Source of the DNA: Bacteroidetes bacterium GWF2_49_14
Lineage (GTDB): Bacteria > Bacteroidota > Bacteroidia > Bacteroidales > UBA12481
DNA length: 63,688 bases
Direction of reading: 5' to 3'
Assembly (NCBI GenBank): GCA_001769295.1
Contig: MEOR01000154.1
Location: 1 to 63,688 of the forward strand
Part shown: positions 54,012 through 63,688 of the stretch, in pieces
How the letters are laid out: each line of letters starts with the position of its first letter
Position numbering within the stretch: the first letter of the stretch is position 1
Notes under the pieces: model-generated
The model's input: the letters and a program-made list of their open reading frames with translations, nothing else
Told to the model about the DNA's origin: nothing
The model's database searches: none
Position numbers and translations under genes: made by a program

Positions 54012-55649
54012 TTACCATTTAAGATTTGCCAGTTCAAATATGTTCAGATATCCAAGCCTGATGATGTCTGTCAGGTAGGGCAGCACTGCTTTGTCAGCAT
54101 GATCAGTGTATTGATGGTAATCAGGGGTGAATTTCCCGTGGATAAGAAAAATGGGTATTCCCGCGGTTGAAAAAGAGGTAAAGTCAGAACCTCCGGTGGG
54201 CCGGGCTGATGTTTGATATGTCATATCGAGTTTGAGTGCGTAATCTTTAATGTGCTGCTCGGTCAGCTGCCTGAATATCGGAAGCCCGGAAGAAAAATTG
54301 AAATCGCATTTTCTGCCGGTGCTGTCATCCGGTGCGGTGCGACTGATCATGTCGTAATTCATGTAGCACCTGATCTTTTGTGTTTCAGCCTTTGATACAT
54401 AGTACTTTGAGCCAAGAAGACCCTTCTCCTCAGCGGTCCAGGCGCAGAAAATGATCGTGTTTTCAGGCTTGATTCCTGAAGAGGCAAAGGCATTGGCGAT
54501 TGTCAAGATTCCGACTGTTCCTGACGCATCATCATCTGCCCCGTTGTATACAAACCCATTAACCTTTCCCAAGTGGTCATAATGAGCACCAAGCACGATG
54601 CAATTGTTATTATCTTCTCCTTCCAGAATGCCGATTACATTGCGGCCTTGCACAATCCGGGATTCTACCGTACTGTTTATTCTTAACATCACCATGCCTG
54701 AGGTGACATCTTGTACAGGTTTTCCAGATGCTTTCGCATTTTCAAAGGCGATCGGATCGAGCCCCAGATTGCTTAGCAAACTGTTAAGGGCGCGATCCGA
54801 TAAACTGATCCGGGGAATTGAAACCGCACCCGTTCCCGGCAGGGATAATCGCCTGCGCGGTTGTGTGTTGAAAGGAACATCACCTTCATAGGTCTCCGTA
54901 TTGTAACGAAACGGAATATTTGTGACAGCCTGTGTAAAGCCAGTTGATCCGTTTCGGATCTCAATAACGGCAAGTGCTCCTTTTTCCGATGCGATCCGGT
55001 CTTTGGCGGCATCATATTGGGATGGACTGCCAGCACCGGCAAAACGGCCATATGCGGGGGAAGCAGGATCGCGCCATCCCGGAAATCCGGCCATTCTTAA
55101 TACAATCTTGCCTGAAATATCCGTCTTCTTGTAATCATCTACCCCAAGTTTCTTATCTTCAATCCCGTATCCGACAAATACAACAGGAGCTTCTGTTTCA
55201 ATGGAATAGCTGCCCGGATTAATACTGAAATCGGTCTGGTATTGCAGCTGGTATTCCTTGCTGCTGTTTCCCTCCCTAATGATCAGCCAACACTCCTGTA
55301 GGCCTCCCGGAGTGGTTTCAATAAAATTGATATTCTGGAAATAGGAACGGGGCTGGATGGTAGATAAGGTTCCTGTCCCTGTGTTCCTCGAACGAATGAC
55401 CATCCTCTGATCTCCTCCGGGTTTCAGCCCCATGGTTTTAAACATTGAGGCTATATAATCACTGGCCATATGTTCTCCCCGGGTGCCGGTCTCCCGTCCT
55501 TCAGTCCAGTCAGAAGCAAGGAACTCCAGCTGAGCCTGGATGGCCTGTGGATTAATAGATTTTAATCCGATATTTTTAGCACTCTCCTGGGCTCCGGTAA
55601 AAGCAGGAAAACCCAGTACAACCGAACAAATAAATAAGCGGAAATTCAT
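54012..55649 (-). CDS. M28-family metallopeptidase with a PA domain (copy 1)
   Basis: 545 aa. Blocks GAHYDHLG, GADDDASGT, TAEEKGLLGS and HQYTDH. It is clearly paralogous to the downstream gene. Confidence 0.9.
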   Translation of the reverse strand: MNFRLFICSVVLGFPAFTGAQESAKNIGLKSINPQAIQAQLEFLASDWTEGRETGTRGEHMASDYIASMFKTMGLKPGGDQRMVIRSRNTGTGTLSTIQPRSYFQNINFIETTPGGLQECWLIIREGNSSKEYQLQYQTDFSINPGSYSIETEAPVVFVGYGIEDKKLGVDDYKKTDISGKIVLRMAGFPGWRDPASPAYGRFAGAGSPSQYDAAKDRIASEKGALAVIEIRNGSTGFTQAVTNIPFRYNTETYEGDVPFNTQPRRRLSLPGTGAVSIPRISLSDRALNSLLSNLGLDPIAFENAKASGKPVQDVTSGMVMLRINSTVESRIVQGRNVIGILEGEDNNNCIVLGAHYDHLGKVNGFVYNGADDDASGTVGILTIANAFASSGIKPENTIIFCAWTAEEKGLLGSKYYVSKAETQKIRCYMNYDMISRTAPDDSTGRKCDFNFSSGLPIFRQLTEQHIKDYALKLDMTYQTSARPTGGSDFTSFSTAGIPIFLIHGKFTPDYHQYTDHADKAVLPYLTDIIRLGYLNIFELANLKW

Positions 55650-55722
55650 AGGTCACAGGTTAGCGTTCAGGCAAAAGTAATAGAAGCACTACCGTTTGTT
55701 CCCGGTGAATAGTTAAAAGTTG

Positions 55723-56256
55723 TTAATACCTAAAGAAAGAGAAATGCACCATTCCATAGGCTCTCTCCTCTAGCCACCCCGGATCGTTGGCAAAGTTATT
55801 TGATGCCCCGTGCTCAAGGATGAAAACACCCTCTTCTTTGCACAGGCAGGACTTCGCAATGAGTTGCGGAAGCTCAGGCAGGCCGGGATGGTTATAGGGT
55901 GGATCTGCGAAAATAATATTGTACCGTGGTTGTTGCTTTTTCAGGAATTGGAACACATCAGTCTGCACCAGGCGCATGGCCGGAATGCCCAGAAGCTGTA
56001 TGTTTTTTCTGATGTATTCGCAGTGAATCCGGTCGCGCTCTACGGCTGTAATATCCTTGCATCCAAGAGAAGCAAACTCATAACTTATGCAGCCTGAACC
56101 TGAAAAGAGGTCCAGAACGCGAATACTCTCAAAGTCATATCGGTTTAAAAGTATATTGAACAGTGCCCCCCTGGCTGTGTCCGTTGTTGGCCGGGCGTCG
56201 AGGCTTTTAGGAAGCAGGGGCCTTCGCCCGCTGAGTTCTCCATGGACTATTCGCAA
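55723..56256 (-). CDS. rsmD: 16S rRNA (guanine966-N2)-methyltransferase RsmD
   Basis: 177 aa. Motifs RPTTDTARGALFNIL, VLDLFSGSG and IIFADPPYN. Confidence 0.9.
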   Translation of the reverse strand: MRIVHGELSGRRPLLPKSLDARPTTDTARGALFNILLNRYDFESIRVLDLFSGSGCISYEFASLGCKDITAVERDRIHCEYIRKNIQLLGIPAMRLVQTDVFQFLKKQQPRYNIIFADPPYNHPGLPELPQLIAKSCLCKEEGVFILEHGASNNFANDPGWLEERAYGMVHFSFFRY

Positions 56257-57101
56257 CGCGCAAGATTTATGAGGTGAGCAAACTGATGCTGAATCAGATT
56301 ATTGAAGGTATAGCTGTACGAATAGCTTTTATTGAACTCCAGATAGGATATCTTTTTCACGTACTTCTCCAGGATAGATATGGAATCCGGAAACACTTCG
56401 ATAAATCCGGATAAAACGAGTGGAGTCTCCTCCTGTGAAAGACCAAACTGATCAAAGAGGTAAAGGATGAAATAAATCATATCCTCCTTGTTTCTGATAA
56501 CAAAGCTGTTGTATAAGACCAATTGTCCGGAATTCAGGAGCATCAGGTCGATAAATCCCGGGTGAACATCGGCATAAACCTGGGCCGGCAACGACTTATT
56601 CTTTCCATCCAGCACGGCATCATCAATCTGAGGACATGCCTGGTGGAAAAACTGGCAATCCGAAAGGCTTCCCATGGCCTGGTCGTAAATATCAACCGGA
56701 ATCTGATGAACTAAAAAGGCATCAATGGAGGGAACCTTTCGGAAGAGAATATTATGATCAGGGGCAGCGTTTCCGGAATACCTGAAATAGGATCCGGCCA
56801 GGTCGGGATTGAACAGGGGACCGGGTATCAGCAATGCACCCGGTGACTGATACATAAAATAAACTGACTTATAATTCTTTGACAGGTACCCTTCGCTGTT
56901 CAGAAGGTTTCGGAGATTCTCCGCCTGCATTCCGGCAGGTATGCCGGATTCATACCAAAAGTTTTTGAAGGCGATATACTTCATCCGGATCGTATCGAGT
57001 ATTGCAAAGGAGAAATGATCCGCCCCATATTGAAGGGATAGATGATAGGTCGACGTGATATTGGCGTCGAAAGTTTCGTCTATGATGGCTATGTTCCGCA
57101 T
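56247..57101 (-). CDS. DUF3822-family protein
   Basis: 284 aa. The N-terminus STYHLSLQYGADHFSFAILD is typical of the Bacteroidota DUF3822 family. It overlaps rsmD by 10 nt. Confidence 0.7.
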   Translation of the reverse strand: MRNIAIIDETFDANITSTYHLSLQYGADHFSFAILDTIRMKYIAFKNFWYESGIPAGMQAENLRNLLNSEGYLSKNYKSVYFMYQSPGALLIPGPLFNPDLAGSYFRYSGNAAPDHNILFRKVPSIDAFLVHQIPVDIYDQAMGSLSDCQFFHQACPQIDDAVLDGKNKSLPAQVYADVHPGFIDLMLLNSGQLVLYNSFVIRNKEDMIYFILYLFDQFGLSQEETPLVLSGFIEVFPDSISILEKYVKKISYLEFNKSYSYSYTFNNLIQHQFAHLINLARCE

Positions 57102-57125
57102 AAAGAATTCTGTATCCTAAAATGG

Positions 57126-57159
57126 AAAAAAAATAGCTTCACCGGTTGGGGTGAAGCTA
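57126..57159 (-). terminator. Rho-independent terminator after the 57182..57784 gene
   Basis: On the minus strand, TAGCTTCACC-CCAACC-GGTGAAGCTA followed by TTTTTTTT. Confidence 0.75.
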
Positions 57160-57181
57160 CTATTTATTTCAAAATCTCTTA

Positions 57182-57784
57182 TTATTCCCAGTTTCCGGCA
57201 TTGTTATTGGCTTCCTGAATGTTGCCGACCCGAATTCCCTTATAGTCTTTTGCAAGGTCATTCAGATTAATGATCAGTTGACGGTCCATGCCGTTCAGGA
57301 TGTCGAAGTTCAAGGCTCCTGCTTCAAAAACCTGAACAAGAACCTTTGAAGCAGTTGTAATGTTGCCTGCCTGAAGGCTAAAGGGTACGCCCTGGGTATG
57401 GGGTATAAACCGCAGCGAGTCAATCGGGTATCCTTCGGGAAAGATGGAATCAAGAACCGGAACATAAAAGGTGCGGCGTACAATCAGGCCCTTTGCAACG
57501 GCAAGGGAGTCGTCCTCGCTGCCTTCGGCATAGACAACCGGGAAGGAATCCGTTTTCACAAAATTGATAAGTGTATCAAAACTTCCGGTATATTTTTGAT
57601 ATACAGATTTGTATGCAACCTGAGCCGTGCGAATGTCTTTGAGGCGTTCAATGACTTTGGCGTCCCTGCTATCTTTCTCTTTTTCAAAATTGATAGGCTT
57701 CATAACACCACTGTAGATCAAATAGAACAGTACAATGATTAATCCAGCTAAAACAATCTGTACGATGTATTTTACCGTTTTCAT
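57182..57784 (-). CDS. Hypothetical membrane-anchored protein
   Basis: The track ORF extends to 57814. The likely start is ATG 57784 (MKTVKYIVQIVLAGLIIVLFYLIYSG, a single N-terminal TM). Confidence 0.65.
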   Translation of the reverse strand: MKTVKYIVQIVLAGLIIVLFYLIYSGVMKPINFEKEKDSRDAKVIERLKDIRTAQVAYKSVYQKYTGSFDTLINFVKTDSFPVVYAEGSEDDSLAVAKGLIVRRTFYVPVLDSIFPEGYPIDSLRFIPHTQGVPFSLQAGNITTASKVLVQVFEAGALNFDILNGMDRQLIINLNDLAKDYKGIRVGNIQEANNNAGNWE

Positions 57785-57799
57785 TAGTGCGGATTTGTT

Positions 57800-57807
57800 T
57801 AAGTTTG
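57800..57807 (+). promoter_or_regulatory. Candidate -7 box (TAAGTTTG) for the helicase gene
   Basis: Exact TAnnTTTG match 60 nt upstream of ATG 57868. Confidence 0.3.
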
Positions 57808-57811
57808 ACTG

Positions 57812-57819
57812 CAAATTTA
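57812..57819 (-). promoter_or_regulatory. Candidate -7 box (TAAATTTG on the minus strand) for the 57784 gene
   Basis: The reverse complement of CAAATTTA is an exact TAnnTTTG match, 27 nt upstream of ATG 57784. Confidence 0.3.
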
Positions 57820-57867
57820 ATACAAATTTCTGACAACGGATTTCCTAAGCAATCATTTTTCCCTACT

Positions 57868-59292
57868 ATGATCTCAGAGCAAATCGCTGCACTGATACGT
57901 CAAAATCTTGGTCATGTTCCTACAGGAGGTCAGGAGAAACTGATCGACCGGATTGCCTCTTTTCTTTTTGGACCCGATGACCGGATCTTCCTGGTTCGCG
58001 GATATGCCGGAACGGGGAAAACCACCCTGGTGGCATCTTTGGTAAAGACCCTGGCTGCCTATAGGTATAAGACTGTTTTGCTGGCTCCTACCGGGCGGGC
58101 CGCAAAGGTTCTGAGCAGCTATTCCGGTTTTCCGGCTTTCACCATACATAAGAAAATCTACCGGCAGAAAAAAGTAGTTGAAGGATTCGGAGAGTTTGGT
58201 CTCGACCGTAACCTAAGCAAAAATACTCTCTTCATCGTGGATGAAGCATCCATGATAAGCAACCAGTCGCTCGACCTGTCTGTTTTTGGTTCCGGCAGGC
58301 TTCTCGATGACCTGGTCGGGTATGTATATTCATCGCCCGGATGCAAACTGGTCCTGATAGGTGATGATGCCCAGTTGCCTCCTGTTGGTTTTGACCAGAG
58401 TGATGCACTAAAGTTGGAATACCTTGAGCGTTACGGGATGAAGGTTGAAGAATGCAGCCTGACGGATGTGGTTCGTCAATCTGTTGATTCCGGCATCCTG
58501 TCTAATGCCACCCACCTCAGGAAGGTGCTGTTGCAAACTCGTGATCGTTTTGATATGCCGGGCCTCAGAACCTCTGGCTTTCCCGATTTTCAGGAAGTCC
58601 GCGGGGATGACCTCCTAGAGGAACTTGAAAGGAGCTACGGAACTGCCGGGCTGGAAGAGACTATGGTCGTTTGCCGGTCAAACAAGCTGGCAAACAGATA
58701 CAACCAGGGGATCCGCAACATGATTCTGAAATACGAGGAGGAGATCAGGCTGGGTGATCTCATCATGGTTGTTAAGAACAATTATTATTGGCTTAAGGAT
58801 TCTCCCGAGATTGATTTCATCGCCAACGGCGATATTCTTGAGGTCGTTAGGGCCAAGGGGAGCAAGGAGCTTTACGATCTTACTTTCAGGGATCTGATGG
58901 TGCGGTTTACGGATTACCGTGATATGGAGTTTGAGGCAAAAGCAATGCTGGATACCCTGTTTGCTGATACCCCCTCACTTGACAAGGACCGAATGCGGAA
59001 TTTCTTTGCGGCAGTATCAACCGATTATCAGCAGATGAAAGGAAAGAAGCACAAGGCGGATGCAATTCGTGAAGATCCATTTTTTAATGCCTTACAGATA
59101 AAATTTGCCTATGCGGTGACTTGCCACAAGGCTCAGGGAGGCCAGTGGAAGCATGTATATATTGATCAGGGGTATATTACAGAGGATAAGGTAGACCGTG
59201 AATATTTTCGCTGGCTCTATACGGCAATCACCCGAGCCACGGAGAAGGTGTTCCTTGTAAACTTCCGGCCGGAGTTTTTTACGTCCCGATGA
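57868..59292 (+). CDS. RecD-like (SF1B) ATP-dependent DNA helicase
   Basis: The track ORF starts at 57787. The likely start is ATG 57868 ([12 protein letters not shown]). Walker [10 protein letters not shown], Walker B FIVDEASM and C-terminal [11 protein letters not shown]. Confidence 0.88.
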   Translation: MISEQIAALIRQNLGHVPTGGQEKLIDRIASFLFGPDDRIFLVRGYAGTGKTTLVASLVKTLAAYRYKTVLLAPTGRAAKVLSSYSGFPAFTIHKKIYRQKKVVEGFGEFGLDRNLSKNTLFIVDEASMISNQSLDLSVFGSGRLLDDLVGYVYSSPGCKLVLIGDDAQLPPVGFDQSDALKLEYLERYGMKVEECSLTDVVRQSVDSGILSNATHLRKVLLQTRDRFDMPGLRTSGFPDFQEVRGDDLLEELERSYGTAGLEETMVVCRSNKLANRYNQGIRNMILKYEEEIRLGDLIMVVKNNYYWLKDSPEIDFIANGDILEVVRAKGSKELYDLTFRDLMVRFTDYRDMEFEAKAMLDTLFADTPSLDKDRMRNFFAAVSTDYQQMKGKKHKADAIREDPFFNALQIKFAYAVTCHKAQGGQWKHVYIDQGYITEDKVDREYFRWLYTAITRATEKVFLVNFRPEFFTSR

Positions 59293-59695
59293 TTTTCACC
59301 AACACCCTTTTAGCACGCTTACCATCAAATTCCCCGTAAAAAATCTGCTCCCAGGGGCCGAAATCCAATTTTCCTCCGGTTACCGCAACCACCACTTCCC
59401 GGCCCATGATTGTTCTTTTAAGATGTGCATCAGCATTATCCTCATAGGTGTTATGCCTGTACTGGCTATAGGGTTTTTCGGGTGCCAGGCCTTCAAGCCA
59501 TTTCTCAATGTCCTGGTGCAACCCCGCTTCATCGTCATTGATAAAGACCGATGAGGTGATATGCATCGCGTTGCACAAGAGAATACCCTCCGCAATCCCG
59601 CTCTCCCGAAGGCACTCCTCTATATTGCTGGTAATGTTGATTAACTCCCTTCTGTTGGGCGAGTGGAACCATAGTTCCTTACGATATGATTTCAT
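59279..59695 (-). CDS. yjbQ: YjbQ/UPF0047 family protein (secondary thiamine-phosphate synthase)
   Basis: 138 aa with family blocks [11 protein letters not shown] and [37 protein letters not shown]. Confidence 0.85.
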   Translation of the reverse strand: MKSYRKELWFHSPNRRELINITSNIEECLRESGIAEGILLCNAMHITSSVFINDDEAGLHQDIEKWLEGLAPEKPYSQYRHNTYEDNADAHLKRTIMGREVVVAVTGGKLDFGPWEQIFYGEFDGKRAKRVLVKIIGT

Positions 59696-59704
59696 TCAGT
59701 AGAA

Positions 59705-61447
59705 TTAGGAGTCAAGTTTCATGTCGGCAACCATTGTTTTGATTCTTTCGTCCAATGCCTTTCCAGCAGCCGCTAATTCCAACAGGTTTTTGACCTGAGT
59801 GCGGACGCTGAAATAGAACTTGATTTTAGGTTCTGTCCCAGACGGCCGTGCCGAAATGATTGATCCATCACTTGTTATGAACTGTAAAACATTGGATTTG
59901 GGCAGGTTGATATCATAACGCAAATGGGAAATCATGTCATAAGCCTTGCGGACCTGAAAATCCTGTACCATCACTACGTCTGAACCCGCAAGGGTTTCCG
60001 GAGGCTGACTTCGGAATCGCTCCATCATGGCAGAAATCTCTTCAACCCCTGATTTTCCCTTTTTCGTGATGGAAATCAAATGCTCTTTGTAATATCCGTA
60101 TTTAATATAAATGCTTTCCAGAAGTTCCAGTACCGTCATGCCGTTCTCCTTGGCCCAGGCGGCCATTTCGGCGAACAGGGCACAGGCGGATACGGCATCC
60201 TTATCCCTTACAAAACTTCCCACCATAAAACCGTAGGATTCTTCACCGCCTCCTATAAAAACCTCCTGGCCCTCTTTCTCGCGGATAATGCCGGCGATAT
60301 ATTTGAATCCTGTTAGAACCTCATAGGTTTTCACCCCAAAGGAGCTGGCAATTTCATTAAAAAGGGGAGTGGTAACTATCGTTCTGACAATGAATTCATT
60401 GCCTTTGAGTTTTTTCTGGTCGTAAAGGTTTTTGAGTAGATAATATACCAGCAATGTGCCAGTTTGATTTCCGTTCAACAGCCGGTATTCACCAACGCTG
60501 TCCCTCACCGCAACTCCTATCCGGTCAGCATCCGGATCAGACGCCATAACAAGTTCCGCTCCTGTTTCCCGGGCTTTCTCCAGGGCAAGGGTCAAGGCAC
60601 TCTTTTCTTCAGGGTTTGGAGAATAAACCGTGGGAAAATTCCCATCCGGAATGTCCTGCTCAGGAACATTGATGACATTGTTAAACCCAAAGCGCCTTAA
60701 AATCTCAGGAACCATATAGACTCCTGTGCCATGAATGGGAGTGTATACAATCTTCATATCCTGATGCTTAAGATTGCTCTCCGGATTAAGGCTCAGGCCT
60801 TTCAGGCAGGTAAGATAGGCTTCGTCAACCTCTTTGCCGATGCTATGGATCAGTGAAGGATCAGCATGTTGCCGGACCTCCTTAAAACTCTTTATTTTCT
60901 GAACTTCACCTATAATATTTTCATCATGAGGATGGACTATTTGCCCGCCATCCTCCCAGTAGACTTTGTACCCGTTGTATTCCTTGGGGTTATGCGAGGC
61001 GGTTACAACAACTCCCGACTGGCAATGAAGGTGACGAATGGCAAAGGACAATTCCGGGGTGGGCCTGAGCCCTTCGAAAAGATAGGCATGGATTCCGTTT
61101 GCCGCGGAAACTTTTGCGGTCATCTCGGCAAAAACCCTTGAATTATTACGGCTATCGTGCGCAATTGCAATGCTCAGGTCGGTCTTGCCCGGAAAGTATC
61201 TGATCAGGTAATTGCACAGGCCTTGCGTGGCCATGCCAATGATATATATATTCATCCGGTTGGTTCCCGGTCCCATGATTCCCCTCATTCCGCCCGTACC
61301 GAATTCAAGATCCCTGTAGAATGCCTCGACCAGGGCTTCATGATCATGGTCTACCATAAACCGGACCTGATCACGTGTTTCCTGATCGAAATCTTCTGAT
61401 AACCAGTGTTTCGCTTTTTCAATAATGGTGATATCCGGTGCTTCCAT
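59705..61447 (-). CDS. Phospho-sugar mutase (phosphoglucomutase/phosphomannomutase family)
   Basis: 580 aa. Active-site loop VVTASHNPKEYNGYK, Mg loop ASDPDADR, and GGEESYG. Confidence 0.92.
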   Translation of the reverse strand: MEAPDITIIEKAKHWLSEDFDQETRDQVRFMVDHDHEALVEAFYRDLEFGTGGMRGIMGPGTNRMNIYIIGMATQGLCNYLIRYFPGKTDLSIAIAHDSRNNSRVFAEMTAKVSAANGIHAYLFEGLRPTPELSFAIRHLHCQSGVVVTASHNPKEYNGYKVYWEDGGQIVHPHDENIIGEVQKIKSFKEVRQHADPSLIHSIGKEVDEAYLTCLKGLSLNPESNLKHQDMKIVYTPIHGTGVYMVPEILRRFGFNNVINVPEQDIPDGNFPTVYSPNPEEKSALTLALEKARETGAELVMASDPDADRIGVAVRDSVGEYRLLNGNQTGTLLVYYLLKNLYDQKKLKGNEFIVRTIVTTPLFNEIASSFGVKTYEVLTGFKYIAGIIREKEGQEVFIGGGEESYGFMVGSFVRDKDAVSACALFAEMAAWAKENGMTVLELLESIYIKYGYYKEHLISITKKGKSGVEEISAMMERFRSQPPETLAGSDVVMVQDFQVRKAYDMISHLRYDINLPKSNVLQFITSDGSIISARPSGTEPKIKFYFSVRTQVKNLLELAAAGKALDERIKTMVADMKLDS

Positions 61448-61469
61448 ATCAACGGGTGTTTACAGTATT

Positions 61470-62348
61470 CTATTTTTGCAATTGTACATTTTCCAGACAA
61501 ATCTTCATACTATCCTGCCAGTAAGGCATATCGAAATTAAAATCCCGGGAGAATTTTCTCGTATCCATCACACTGAATGCCGGCCGGCTGGCAGGAAGGG
61601 GGTATTCCTCGGTTCGGATGGGCTTTATTTTACAATTCAGCCCGGTTATTCTCATGATTGTTGATGCAAAATCATACCAGGAGGCGACTCCAGCATTGCA
61701 GAAGTGGTAAATCACCGGCCGGTCGATATGAAAATCACCTTTATGAATTTGCCGGATCATTGTTACAATCCCTTTTGCAAGATCCCCGGCATATGTGGGT
61801 GATCCCACCTGGTCCATCACAATTCCCAGGCTCTCCCGCTCAGCACCGAGACGCAGCATGGTCAGCAGGAAGTTTTTCCCATATTCGGAATAAAGCCAGC
61901 TTGTCCTTACAATGATTCCTGAACCTGATTTAATCACTTCCAGTTCACCCTCAAGCTTTGATTTCCCATAAACGGAGGCCGGATCAACCGGGTCGGATTC
62001 CAGATAGGGGATACACCCGCGTCCGGCGAAAACATAATCGGTGGAAATATGAATAAACGGGATACCTGCTTTTCGACAGGCTCCAGCCAGGATTCCGGGG
62101 CCATTCCCATTAATGGACATAGCTTTTCCCGGTTCCTTTTCGGCCTGATCTACTGCGGTATATGCGGCGCAATTGACCAGAAAATCTGGCTTTGATCTGG
62201 CAATATAGGTTTCAACCTGATTACGGTCGGTGATGTCAGGATCGGGGTAATCCGTGGCCAACCAGTCGATCACTTTCTCCGGGTCAGGAAGGTGGAGCAA
62301 ACTTTGACCTAACTGGCCATTTGCTCCGGTTATGAGTATTTTTATCAC
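61470..62348 (-). CDS. rfbD: dTDP-4-dehydrorhamnose reductase
   Basis: 292 aa. Rossmann motif ILITGANGQLG and YGKSKLEGE catalytic motif. Confidence 0.9.
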   Translation of the reverse strand: MIKILITGANGQLGQSLLHLPDPEKVIDWLATDYPDPDITDRNQVETYIARSKPDFLVNCAAYTAVDQAEKEPGKAMSINGNGPGILAGACRKAGIPFIHISTDYVFAGRGCIPYLESDPVDPASVYGKSKLEGELEVIKSGSGIIVRTSWLYSEYGKNFLLTMLRLGAERESLGIVMDQVGSPTYAGDLAKGIVTMIRQIHKGDFHIDRPVIYHFCNAGVASWYDFASTIMRITGLNCKIKPIRTEEYPLPASRPAFSVMDTRKFSRDFNFDMPYWQDSMKICLENVQLQK

Positions 62349-62908
62349 GATTCCAGATATACAAAGTTCATGGATGCTTCAGGGAATCCGGGTAATACCT
62401 TGTCCTTGGCGCTTACCACTGCCTTGTCTGCCGGAATTGGCCAGGGAATGCTCAGTCCGGTGTCGAGGTAATGGATCCCGCGCTCGGCTTCCGGATAGTA
62501 AAAGCTGTCGCATTTATAGAAGAAAACAGCCTTTGGACTTGTAACGGCAAAGCCATGTGCGAAGCCTTTAGGGATATAGAGTTGAAGCTTGTTCTCAGCG
62601 CTGAGTTCAATCCCGAAATAGTGTCCGAAGGTGGGTGAATTCTTGCGGATGTCCACCGCAACATCCCAAACCGAGCCTTCAAGGACCCGAACAAGCTTAC
62701 TTTGAGCGAAAGGCGAAAGCTGGTAGTGCAAGCCGCGGATGACTCCGAATTGGGACAGTGACTGGTTGTCCTGTACGAATTGTGCGTCTATTCCTGCTTC
62801 AATGAGCGCTTTTCTGTTGAAGCTTTCAAAAAAGTATCCGCGTGTATCTTCGAAAACCCGGGGTTCAATCAGAAACAGGCCGGGCATGGGAGAATCAATT
62901 ATTTTCAT
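62345..62908 (-). CDS. rfbC: dTDP-4-dehydrorhamnose 3,5-epimerase
   Basis: 187 aa. Motifs FEDTRGYFFESF, RGLHYQ and IPKGFAHGF. Confidence 0.92.
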   Translation of the reverse strand: MKIIDSPMPGLFLIEPRVFEDTRGYFFESFNRKALIEAGIDAQFVQDNQSLSQFGVIRGLHYQLSPFAQSKLVRVLEGSVWDVAVDIRKNSPTFGHYFGIELSAENKLQLYIPKGFAHGFAVTSPKAVFFYKCDSFYYPEAERGIHYLDTGLSIPWPIPADKAVVSAKDKVLPGFPEASMNFVYLES

Positions 62909-62916
62909 GAAGGGTA

Positions 62917-63688
62917 TTACCAGGATTTGATTTTTTCATTGGCTATGGTCAGCAGGTATTGTCCGTATTGATTCTTTTTCAGCGGGGTAGCCAGCTCAAT
63001 GAGCTTATCCCGGCTGATGAATCCTTTTTTGAACGCAATCTCCTCAATACAGGCAACTTTTAACCCCTGCCTCTGTTCGATTGTTGCAATAAAATTAGAG
63101 GCCTGGAGTAAGCTGTCATGAGTTCCTGTGTCGAGCCATGCCATTCCACGCCCCAGAAGCTTAACGTTAAGGCTTTCTTCCTCAAGGTACAGCCGGTTGA
63201 GATCTGTGATTTCCAACTCTCCCCTCGATGAGGGTTTGAGAGCTTTGGCTTTCGCAACCACTGTTTTATCGTAAAAATACAGGCCGGTAACGGCATAACT
63301 TGATTTTGGCTTCAAAGGTTTCTCTTCTATGCTGAGAACCTTGCCATTATCGTCAAATTCGGCCACGCCGTATCTTTCCGGATCCGTAACATAATATCCG
63401 AATACGGTTGCGCCCTGTGTGATCTGCGCCGCTTCCTCAAGAATCTTTCCAAAATTGTATCCGTAAAAAATGTTGTCTCCCAGGACAAGGCAAGCTTCAT
63501 CCCCTGCCAGAAAGTACTCCCCGATCAGGAAGGCCTGTGCAAGACCATCGGGTGATGGCTGTTCAGCATAGGTAATCTGCAGTCCCAGGTCTTCACCGCT
63601 ACCGAACAGGTCCCGGTAAAGATGCAGGTCCTTGGGTGTGGATATGATCAGTATTTCCCTTAATCCGGCCAGCATGAGAACCGACATC
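62917..63688 (-). CDS. rfbA: Glucose-1-phosphate thymidylyltransferase (N-terminus cut by the window edge)
   Basis: Begins mid-protein (...[17 protein letters not shown]). Blocks [14 protein letters not shown] and [15 protein letters not shown]. The usual GGSGTRL N-terminal motif lies outside the window. Confidence 0.92.
   Translation of the reverse strand, partial: MSVLMLAGLREILIISTPKDLHLYRDLFGSGEDLGLQITYAEQPSPDGLAQAFLIGEYFLAGDEACLVLGDNIFYGYNFGKILEEAAQITQGATVFGYYVTDPERYGVAEFDDNGKVLSIEEKPLKPKSSYAVTGLYFYDKTVVAKAKALKPSSRGELEITDLNRLYLEEESLNVKLLGRGMAWLDTGTHDSLLQASNFIATIEQRQGLKVACIEEIAFKKGFISRDKLIELATPLKKNQYGQYLLTIANEKIKSW

Noticed and set aside
57182-59292. The RecD-like helicase next to a small membrane protein, as a possible helicase-based defence pair.
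   Set aside because: The genes are divergent with separate promoter-like boxes. The helicase has a plain SF1B layout without nuclease or sensor domains, and nothing else defence-like is adjacent. It is more consistent with a housekeeping RecD2-type helicase.

Overview
This 63.7 kb window reads as a chromosomal segment from a Bacteroidota-type genome. Supporting evidence is recurrent TAnnTTTG -7 boxes in intergenic DNA, a CarboxypepD_reg-type TonB-dependent receptor, DUF3822, a DUF4105/Lnb-like protein, many lipobox lipoproteins and little Shine-Dalgarno signal. I call about 50 protein genes and one tRNA-Asp. I found no rRNA, CRISPR array, transposase or integrase. Most of the window is housekeeping: a moxR plus SurA/PpiD-like chaperone cluster, guaB, recQ, a DEDDy exonuclease, relA-like, tex, mutS2, an RND efflux operon, a sulfatase, a TonB receptor, two M28 peptidases, rsmD, a RecD-like helicase, a phospho-sugar mutase and rfbA/C/D. 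The least explained stretch is about 24.5-35 kb. It holds a tightly packed five-gene operon (26191-33108) encoding a small cytoplasmic protein, a bitopic inner-membrane protein, an outer-membrane beta-barrel and two lipoproteins, one with four PKD repeats. The cytoplasmic half of the membrane protein looks like two tandem catalytically dead MPN/JAB-like domains. I put this operon forward as the best candidate for an undescribed trans-envelope system. It abuts, with zero intergenic bases, a WYL-domain regulator that is paired divergently with an unknown 189-aa gene across a perfect 11-bp inverted repeat. Other points of note are three short tandem-repeat arrays in promoter or intergenic DNA (11-mer, 12-14-mer, 7-mer) and a pair of near-identical palindromes between convergent genes. 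There is also a recQ plus exonuclease gene pair resembling a split WRN, a RelA-like protein with a degenerate HD hydrolase motif, and a histidine kinase with a pseudo-receiver. All functional calls come from reading motifs in the supplied translations. No database search was run.
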